The notes beneath the pieces were generated by a model. It did not search any database. It was not told where the DNA came from and saw nothing but the letters and a program-made list of their open reading frames with translations. Below are positions 50,770 to 58,192 of a stretch of 64,000 bases of DNA, piece after piece. How positions within the stretch are numbered: position 1 is the stretch's first letter; each line of letters opens with the position of its first letter. Origin of the DNA: Alphaproteobacteria bacterium (GTDB lineage Bacteria > Pseudomonadota > Alphaproteobacteria > UBA2966); NCBI GenBank assembly GCA_964291395.2, contig OZ219856.1, forward strand, positions 2,144,001-2,208,000. The letters are read 5' to 3'. The position numbers and the translations under genes were made by a program.

Positions 50770-51179
50770 CCCCCGAACGTCATCGTGACTTCGCCGAGCG
50801 CATCACGCGCTCGATGGAGAAGCTCACGACCACCGACTACGAGGCCGTCATCGAGGGCTGCATGCTGGCCGGAACCCACTGGTTCAACGTGGCCCTGCAC
50901 GAGATGGGCATGTCCGCGCCCGATCAGGACGTCATGCACGTCGAGTACATGGTCGTGCACGAGCGCCGCAAGGCATGGCTCGTCTCGCCGGCCATGGTGG
51001 AGGCTCTGGAGCGCATCGAGGACATGCGGGCACTTCACGTGCGAGGAAACGCGGACGGCGGCGAAAGGGCGGCCGCGGCGGCGCTCCGGTGCCTTGAAGT
51101 CATCCGCGAGGCCGCGACCGACGCCAAGCCGCTGGGCCTGACATCCCCCCATCGTGGACACGTCAGTCTCAGCACCTGA
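50766..51179 (+). CDS. Hypothetical protein, paralog of the upstream ORF
   Basis: ATGA overlap; GGGGAG RBS; stop lies inside the tRNA fragment. Confidence 0.75.
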   Translation: MTPERHRDFAERITRSMEKLTTTDYEAVIEGCMLAGTHWFNVALHEMGMSAPDQDVMHVEYMVVHERRKAWLVSPAMVEALERIEDMRALHVRGNADGGERAAAAALRCLEVIREAATDAKPLGLTSPHRGHVSLST

Positions 51180-51213
51180 GGGTCGCAGGTTCGAATCCTG
51201 CCCCCGCAACCAC
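50801..51213 (+). repeat. ~413-bp direct repeat, copy 1
   Basis: Near-identical to 53561-53975 (a few SNPs and one 2-nt indel). Confidence 0.95.
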
Positions 51214-51429
51214 CGAGACCGACATCTCCGGCATGGGGATGTCGGTCTTCGTGTTTTCGCGCCCGTTTCCGGCCCATTCGAGGATGGTCCCGAGATCGCC
51301 GTGCAGCACGGCGTCCATCTCGGCCCATTTCTCGCCCGGGGTGTGCACGATGCGCTCGACCAGGCCCCTGATGGCGGACGCCGCCATGCCGCGCATGACG
51401 GCAATCCCGCGATTCTCGCTCTCCGGCAT
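51169..51429 (-). pseudogene. Large serine recombinase C-terminal remnant
   Basis: AIRGLVERIVHTPG...LHGDLGTILEW...VSVVAGAGFEPATLR; tail reads into the tRNA antisense as in tRNA-Met-targeting serine integrases. Confidence 0.75.
51174..51212 (+). other. tRNA-fMet 3' fragment (att-like site), not a complete tRNA
   Basis: ACCTGAGGGTCGCAGGTTCGAATCCTGCCCCCGCAACCA: T-arm, acceptor 3' strand and CCA; no 5' half upstream. Confidence 0.85.
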
Positions 51430-51610
51430 CTCTTTGCGCCTCCCGCAACACTACGCTCCCGGGAGTCCATTTGGAGCCGAGATTCGGCCATGTCAAACGG
51501 GACAGGTAGGGGATTTCCTGCATGAAATCATACACTTGAGTAACTTAGGGGGCGCTAGGCGAGATAGGCGGTGCCTGGCGTATGATCGAAAAAAAAGCCA
51601 GCCACGTGAC

Positions 51611-52012
51611 TCATGACCCTTCCGGATCGAAGAGCGGAATATCCATGGCACGGGCGACATCGTTCATGCGCCGGTCATAGCTCGCGAGTTCCACGTCCTG
51701 GCCCTGATCGGCCAGATACGCGCACGACGCCAGATGCAGGGCGTCGAGGGTGCGCAGCGGCACCGGACCGGGAAAGGCATCCAGCGCCCGCGCCAGAACC
51801 CGCGGGCTCAGCTCCAGCAGCGCGACCCGTCCGACGAGCCCACGCGCCGCCTCGCCGTGCGAGTTCGCAAGGCCACGCGCGTGCAGGGCCGTCCATGTCT
51901 CGTATTCGAGGAGCCGGCTGGACACCAGCGTCCCGTCCCAGAGGGACGCCGGGGGTGGGCGGTCCTCGGTCAGCAGCCAGGCCAGCGCGACGGACGTGTC
52001 GAGATAGATCAC
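51611..52012 (-). CDS. vapC: PIN-domain toxin (VapC family)
   Basis: IYLDTS, LRTLDALHLAS, SYDRR. Confidence 0.9.
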   Translation of the reverse strand: MIYLDTSVALAWLLTEDRPPPASLWDGTLVSSRLLEYETWTALHARGLANSHGEAARGLVGRVALLELSPRVLARALDAFPGPVPLRTLDALHLASCAYLADQGQDVELASYDRRMNDVARAMDIPLFDPEGS

Positions 52013-52302
52013 CGGTCGCGCCGGCTTTCGTCGAGTTCGGCCAGAACCTCGTCCAGACTGGCGACCGGGGCGGGCCTGGGCGGCGCTCCCGATCCCGCCA
52101 GCGCCGGCGGCGCGAGCACGCCGGACCGCACCGCCTCGGCCAGGAACGCATCGGCGAGGACCGGGCTCCGGCTCTCCTGCAGCGGGCCGAGCTCCGCCAC
52201 GACCCGGTCGCGGTCCGTCACCAGAATGGTCTCGCCCGACGCCGCGAGCCGGACATACTCGCTCAACCGGTTGTTCAGCGCCTTGATCCCGACCGATCTC
52301 AT
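52009..52302 (-). CDS. Phd/YefM antitoxin
   Basis: MRSVGIKALNNRLSEYVRLAASGETILVTDRDRVVAEL; overlaps the toxin start. Confidence 0.88.
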   Translation of the reverse strand: MRSVGIKALNNRLSEYVRLAASGETILVTDRDRVVAELGPLQESRSPVLADAFLAEAVRSGVLAPPALAGSGAPPRPAPVASLDEVLAELDESRRDR

Positions 52303-52308
52303 GTACTC

Positions 52309-52337
52309 AAGGTAGCTACCGCGCCCTACTTCGTCAA
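52309..52337 (-). promoter_or_regulatory. Leaderless sigma70 promoter and operator of the TA operon
   Basis: TTGACG-17nt-TACCTT-6nt-ATG; palindrome GGTAGCTACC (52311-52320) overlaps the -10. Confidence 0.75.
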
Positions 52338-52409
52338 CCGGCATCATGGGCCGGGCTCCGCGACCAGCCGCCGAACCGCAGATGCCCCAGGCACCCACCC
52401 GTCCGGAGC

Positions 52410-53212
52410 CGATGATCGATGAACCGCACCCAACGAGGGAGGGTGTTCTCAAGGCGACCTGGCAACTGTCCGGTCTCGAGCCGAGTTCCGCGACGGGGAT
52501 GCGGGCCCGAGTCGGGTCAATCAACGCCGAATGCGTGGTCGAAGTGCTGGGGTCAGAAGCGGATCGATACCGGAATGTGATCGATTTAGGATTCGAGCGA
52601 GACCGTTATCGGCTCAAGCTCGGCGCCGGTCCTAAGAAGGTCCGACTGCTCGCACCGACTAGAATGGTTAGAGAACCCATGGGCATTGAAGTGTCGATTG
52701 AGAACAGCCGCTTCAAGATCACGGGCGAGCGCACTCTCTGGCTATGAAAGGAGCTCGGAGTCGCGATCTGTGAGTTACGAGTCAATTTGACCGGTAAGGA
52801 GGAGACCACCGGCGTGATTACCGCTCGCTTCGGCGAGAAGGAAGTAACAACTGACGTCAGCGGAGTGCAACCCCTGGGCGCCGGCATCAAGATCAAACTC
52901 GAGGACATTGAGCTGGGTAACCAGCGCTGTCGCTGGCGCCAGAATGTCCTTGAGATTGCAGCCAGGCACCCGGCTCTCAAGCGGTACCTTGGACCTCCTC
53001 CGAAGTTTGATGGGCAGCACGAAAAGCACTTCCGGGTGGTTCTGGCGGAAGTAACGGCGGATGCTGTGTGCTCCCGGCTCGTTAGCGACAGTACTCGAAA
53101 CAACCCCGATGAGTACGAGGACGCGGACCGGGATCAGTTCTATGCTGAGTACAGCGGGCTGATAACGAAATTCCTTCCGGAGGCGCACAAGCTGCAGGTG
53201 CCGTCCGATTAA
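52410..53212 (+). pseudogene. C-terminal part of a larger protein, possibly a GHKL/HATPase defence ATPase
   Basis: ORFs 52346-52747 and 52787-53212 share a frame across one TGA; lower GC; LEIAARHPALKRYLG...FRVVLAEV. Confidence 0.5.
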
Positions 53213-53329
53213 TAGCGGGCGAGGAATTCGACACGGGTTTCGAGGCAGCTGGGGTCGGACGCCGACCGACATATTAATTGGATGGCCGACTGGCTTTCCA
53301 CTCAGGCCCTCTGTCTTGGCCAACAACAA

Positions 53330-53555
53330 AGCCGGATTCATAGCGCTTCACTGGTTCATTTCTCCAACTCAACAAAGCCTTAGAGGATAATCCGGGCGAG
53401 GTTTGCGCGATCTACCGCGTAAGTCCGCAAGAGTGCAGGCGGCAAGGTATCGATGAAGACGGCGAGGTCAAGCAGCTCTACCAAGGTGAAGAAACCGTAG
53501 TCCCGCGCGAGTGCCGTGGCGAGATTTACCCCTGTGATCGCGCCATCCTGGCCGT
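53330..53555 (+). pseudogene. Possible Z1-domain protein C-terminal remnant
   Basis: DS*RFTGSFLQLNKALEDNPGEVCAIYRVSP...QLYQG...GEIYPCDRAI; family call from memory only. Confidence 0.35.
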
Positions 53556-53560
53556 GAAGT

Positions 53561-53975
53561 CATCGCGCGCTCGATGGAGAAGCTCACGACCACCGACTAC
53601 GAGGCCGTCATCGAGGGCTGCATGCTGGCTGGAACCCACTGGTTCAACGTGGCCCCGCACGAGATGGGCATGTCCGCGCATGATCAGGACGTCATGCACG
53701 TCGAGTACATGGTCGTGCACGAGCGCCGCAAGGCGTGGCTCGTCTCGCCGGCCATGTGGTGGAGGCTCTGGAGCGCATCGAGGACATGCGGGCACTTCAC
53801 GTGCGAGGAAACGCGGACGGCGGCGAAAAGGCGGCCGCGGCGGCGCTCCGGTGCCTTGAAATCATCCGCGAAGCCGCGACCGACGCCAAGCCGCTGGGCC
53901 TGACATCCCCCCATCGTGGACGCGTCAGTCTCGGCACCTGAGGGTCGCAGGTTCGAATCCTGCCCCCGCAACCAC
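53561..53975 (+). repeat. ~415-bp direct repeat, copy 2 (5'-truncated, frameshifted gene copy plus tRNA fragment)
   Basis: GCCATGTGGTGG here versus GCCATGGTGG in copy 1; ends CCCCGCAACCAC; followed by an imperfect hairpin at ~53978-54012. Confidence 0.95.
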
Positions 53976-54293
53976 TGAAGCCCTTGAAAACATTGATGTT
54001 GTCGAGGGGTTTCTTGTGTGAGGCGCCGCTCAATGTGGGGGATTCATCAACACACGAGGCAGCTCGCGGGATACAACGTTGGTCCACAAATGGCCCCGTA
54101 TGGCTCCGCCAGGGAACGCTTCAGCAGAGGAGAGCGCACGACAACAATCGTTTCTCTAGCAGCCGGATCGTCGGTCATTCGCATTATTCCGGCAGCAGAG
54201 AACCGGGAGGCAAGAAGGTTTAGAAGATCTACGCATCTCAACGGGAGGCCAATCATTTCGCCCATGGCATCCTCGTCTGAGAGCGGAGCGAGT

Positions 54294-54494
54294 TCACTGA
54301 TGCATGATTGGGGAACTTGGTTTGAGAGCGTTACAGGGACAGTCATAAGAAGCCCGAAGCCAGTCATATTGCTCCGCGGACATGAGCACGAACTCGCGGC
54401 ACCCATGCCGGGTTATCTCCACCGGCTCGCGCTGCGCTTCGTGCTGGAACCGGCCGAACTTGCGTTGGAACTCGAGGGCGCTCACGGTGGGCAT
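54294..54494 (-). pseudogene. Truncated Phd/YefM antitoxin; toxin missing
   Basis: MPTVSALEFQRKFGRFQHEAQREPVEITRHG..EFVLMSAEQYDWL, then unrelated sequence; GGAGG RBS. Confidence 0.75.
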
Positions 54495-54898
54495 GGCAGC
54501 CTCCCCACGTAACAGGTATCTGCCTCAAATACGTATAATCCGTAGAAACGAAAGGGGCCGGTGAGAGGAAGTTTGGCGCGGTCGGTGCGCAGATGTCGAA
54601 GATCGTCCCGATTCTTGGGTGCCGCGGCCGTCCCCGCCGTCTTGCATCGCCTCCGCCTTCCCGGTTTCGGTGACCCTGGAAGGCCGATTTGAACACGCGA
54701 ACGGGCATTATCAAACGGTCAGGCAAGAGGATTTCCTTCATGGAATCAACTGCTTGTCCCCTACAGGCCCTCCAGGCACCGCATGCGCCGCCCGGGGCAT
54801 GATCGAAAAAATTCAGTATCCGTTCGGCGCTCGGGGGATGAGCGCGGAGTCAGGCCGAGCTCAACGGTCGGAAGATCGCAGCTTTCCTCGAAACTGCA

Positions 54899-55993
54899 TC
54901 ATTCCGGCAGGACGAGGATGAGCTTGCCGGTGAACCCCTTGGCCAAGAACGCTTCCTGCGCGCGACGGATCTCGCTCAGGGGGAACGTCTTCGCGACGAG
55001 GGGACGTATCTCGCCGCGTTCGATGTAGGAGACCAAGTTCGAGAACACCGCGTCTTCCTGGAAGGTGCAGCCGAACAGCGTCAGGTCCTTGAGGTAGAGG
55101 GTGCGCACGTCCAGCTCGACCATCGGACCGGCGATCGCGCCGGCGGTTGCATACCGCCCGCCGCGGCGCAGCACATCGAGCAGCCCCGGCCAGGCCGGAC
55201 CGGCGACGAGGTCGATGATCGCGTCGACGCTGTCGCGGCCGATCGCGGCAACAAGATCGGCATCGCGGCCGACCACCTCGTCGGCGCCGACCGCGCGCAC
55301 GGCGTCGGCCTTGGCGGAGCCGGCGACGGCGGTGACATGGGCGCCGCGGCGCTTCGCGAGTTGGACGGCGGCCGTGCCGACGCCCCCCGACGCACCGGTC
55401 ACGAGCACGCGCTCCGCGCCCACCGAAGCCCGATGCAGCATGTTCTCGGCCGTGGAGTACGCGCACGGGATCGAAGCAAGCTCCGCGTCGGACCAGTCGC
55501 ACTCCACCCTGTGCGTTTCTCGGGCAGGCACCTTGACGTATTGCGCGAACGCGCCGTCGCATTCCGAGCCGAGGGTCCAGCACTCGAACGGGCGGTCGTC
55601 GACGGGGCTGCGCAGCATGTTGCGGACGATCACGCGCTCGCCGATGCGGCCGGGGTCCACGCCCTCGCCCGCCGCCACGATCCGGCCGCAGCAGTCGGCG
55701 CCCTGAATGCGGGGAAAGTCCACCGCGGCGCCCGACCAGCCGGCATCGGCATCGTCGATCCGGGCGAAGCCACGCGCGCCGGCGGCGCCGGTCGCCTCGC
55801 CGACGGTCTTGGAGTACCAGCCGATGCGGGTGTTGATGTCGGTGTTGTTGACGCCCGCGGCCGCCACCCTGATGAGGACTTCGCCGGCGCGCGCCACCGG
55901 CGTCGGGACGTCGGTGCTGTAGCGCAGCTTGTCGAGCCCGCCATGGCCGACGAGCTGAACCGCGGCCATTCGCGGCGGAATCGGCGAACTCAT
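54899..55993 (-). CDS. MDR-superfamily alcohol dehydrogenase / quinone oxidoreductase
   Basis: GVNNTD, PRIQGAD, TGASGGVG, GKLIL. Confidence 0.9.
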   Translation of the reverse strand: MSSPIPPRMAAVQLVGHGGLDKLRYSTDVPTPVARAGEVLIRVAAAGVNNTDINTRIGWYSKTVGEATGAAGARGFARIDDADAGWSGAAVDFPRIQGADCCGRIVAAGEGVDPGRIGERVIVRNMLRSPVDDRPFECWTLGSECDGAFAQYVKVPARETHRVECDWSDAELASIPCAYSTAENMLHRASVGAERVLVTGASGGVGTAAVQLAKRRGAHVTAVAGSAKADAVRAVGADEVVGRDADLVAAIGRDSVDAIIDLVAGPAWPGLLDVLRRGGRYATAGAIAGPMVELDVRTLYLKDLTLFGCTFQEDAVFSNLVSYIERGEIRPLVAKTFPLSEIRRAQEAFLAKGFTGKLILVLPE

Positions 55994-56209
55994 TCCGGTG
56001 CTCCCGCTGCATTGCCCGGCAACGGCCGCCGCGGCGTCCGTCGGAGGGGATGAAAGATCCGGTGGCAGGCGCTCCGGAGCCGCGCCAATATGCACCCGGC
56101 ACAGGGAACGGTCCATATACACGATACACGCGACCCGTTCCGCCGCCATGCCTGGCGCAACGGGAACGGCGACGGCAAGCCGCTGCCGACCTACTCTCCA
56201 GTCCGGACC

Positions 56210-56818
56210 CTAGCGCGTTCCGGAATCCGCCGCGCCCGGCGGCACCAGCTCTTCCACCTGCTGCAGGATCGCGCGCAGCAAGGACTCTTCCGGACGGCTC
56301 CGCGCCAGGACGCGCAAGCCGATGAGCAGACCGAGCAGAGCCCCCGCGGTTCTGTCCTCGGCGACCGAGTCGCAAATCTCCCCTAGAATCTTGCCCTGCG
56401 CGATCGACGCGCGGAAAAACTCCTCCATGTCAGCGAACGCGCGGGCGACGATGTCCGCCACCTCCGGGTCGTGGGGCGACAGCTCGAGCGCGGTGTTGAT
56501 GAGAAGACATCCGTCTCGCGAGCTCTCAGTCACGGCGACGTCGATGGCCGCCTCGAACGCGCCGAGGATCGCCTGACGCGGCGACGAAGACCGCGCCAGT
56601 TCGGCCATCCAGTCCTTGCGCCAGACCTTGTCGTAGAGTTGCAAGGCGCGCACGAACAGGCCGTGCTTGTCGCCGAACTCGTTGTAGATGCTGCCGCTGC
56701 CAAGGCCCATGCACGCCGCCAGGTCCTGCATGGAGGTCGCCTGATAGCCCTGCCTCCAGAACAGGTTCATTGCCCTCAGCAGCACATCCTCGGTGTCGAA
56801 CTGCCTGGGTCTCGGCAT
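56210..56818 (-). CDS. TetR/AcrR regulator (NemR/ComR-like)
   Basis: MPRPRQFD...FWRQGYQATSM...GDKHGLF; GCLLINTALE. Confidence 0.93.
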   Translation of the reverse strand: MPRPRQFDTEDVLLRAMNLFWRQGYQATSMQDLAACMGLGSGSIYNEFGDKHGLFVRALQLYDKVWRKDWMAELARSSSPRQAILGAFEAAIDVAVTESSRDGCLLINTALELSPHDPEVADIVARAFADMEEFFRASIAQGKILGEICDSVAEDRTAGALLGLLIGLRVLARSRPEESLLRAILQQVEELVPPGAADSGTR

Positions 56819-57403
56819 CGCGCGGCCTCAATCGTCACAATTCATGGGCGCAAGGGCTCCATCGTGGAGGTCGAAGCCATCGGCATGGGCCCCGGTTCTC
56901 ACGGCCCGTTCCGGGAAGATGCAAGAGCCGCTCTCGGGAGCGGCCCTCGAACCCACGGCATGCTGCCGACGGGAAACCGGCACTACTCTAAATCCGCGCG
57001 TTCGCCGCCCGCAAGCGAGCATCCGCGTCCTCACTTCGCGACGCTCACCCCGTCCACGCCGATCATGGCGGCGGCGGCCAGCGCAAGCAACGCCGCCGCA
57101 CCAAGCACGCGGCTGCACGGGGAGCCGACCGCTTCCATGTGGAATGTTCGATCCAATACGTGTACAGTTCGACAACCGTGCCGAGACCGCGACGGGACCT
57201 TCGCACGAAGGGTAGCCGAGGCAGTGTTTCGGTGATTGGCGGATTGTCCCACGCAGGCATCGGCACGCGGAGGTTTCATGCGCGCGGGCGGCGGCAACCG
57301 AATTCAGGCGGCGGAAGGGACGTGACGGCGGACTCGGAACGGGAGCGTTCACCGGTACGGATCGATAGGGCGCCATGAGAATCCTGACGATTGAGTGCGC
57401 GTG

Positions 57404-57997
57404 ATGCCGAGGCACGAGCAGTTCGACACCGACGATGTCCTGATGAGAGCGATGAACCTGTTCTGGCGGCAGGGCTATCGGGCGACGTCGATGACGGAGC
57501 TGGCGAAGGTGATGGGCCTCGGGCGTGCCAACATCTACCGCGAGTTCGGCAACAAGCACGGCCTGTTCGTGCGCGCCTTGCGCCACTACGACAAGGTCTG
57601 GCGCGAGAACTGGCTGGCTGACCTGACGAAGTCCTCGTCGCCGCGCGAGGCGATCCTGGATGTGTTCGAGGCGGCCATCGACGCCTGCCTGGCGGACGGT
57701 TCACGGGACGGCTGCCTTCTCATCAACACGGCACTGGAGTTGTCGCCGCACGATCCGGAGGTCGAGGACATCGTCACCCGTGCGTTCACCGAGATGGAGG
57801 CATTCTTCCGCACGTCCGTCGAGCGGGGCAAGGCCCTCGGGGAGATTCGCGACACGGTCGCCGAAGAGAGGACCGCGAGCGCTCTTCTCGGTCTGTTCAT
57901 CGGCTTGCGCGTGCTGGTGCGGAGCCGTCCGGAAGAACCATTGCTGCGTTCGATCATGCAGCAGGCGGAAGATCTGGTGCCGCGGGGCGCGACCTGA
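57404..57997 (+). CDS. TetR/AcrR regulator, close paralog of 56210-56818
   Basis: MPRHEQFD...FWRQGYRATSM...GNKHGLF; GCLLINTALE. Confidence 0.93.
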   Translation: MPRHEQFDTDDVLMRAMNLFWRQGYRATSMTELAKVMGLGRANIYREFGNKHGLFVRALRHYDKVWRENWLADLTKSSSPREAILDVFEAAIDACLADGSRDGCLLINTALELSPHDPEVEDIVTRAFTEMEAFFRTSVERGKALGEIRDTVAEERTASALLGLFIGLRVLVRSRPEEPLLRSIMQQAEDLVPRGAT

Positions 57998-58118
57998 TCC
58001 GGAGGTCCCTGAAGTCGAGGTCAAAGAGAAGAGCCACGGCTTGCGGACCGGGCGCGCGCCTCACAAGTAGCCCGGGACCGGACAGCCGCCGGATGGTGTT
58101 CTGCTCCCATTATTATTA

Positions 58119-58134
58119 TTGAATGATCAATCAA
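58119..58134. promoter_or_regulatory. Palindromic operator upstream of the adhesin gene
   Basis: TTGAATGATCAATCAA (14/16 self-complementary) in an AT-rich patch; related copy at 57140-57155. Confidence 0.55.
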
Positions 58135-58192
58135 AAACTCGTACTATTCGAAAAGCAATTCGAGACCACGCAGAGAGTCTCGACGATTTTGG

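Noticed and set aside
51174-51212. Functional tRNA gene (also at ~53936-53974)
   Set aside because: Only the 3' half is present; no D-arm or complete anticodon arm
57031-57138. 35-aa signal-peptide-like ORF between the TetR genes
   Set aside because: Stops right after the hydrophobic segment, no RBS; at most a gene stub
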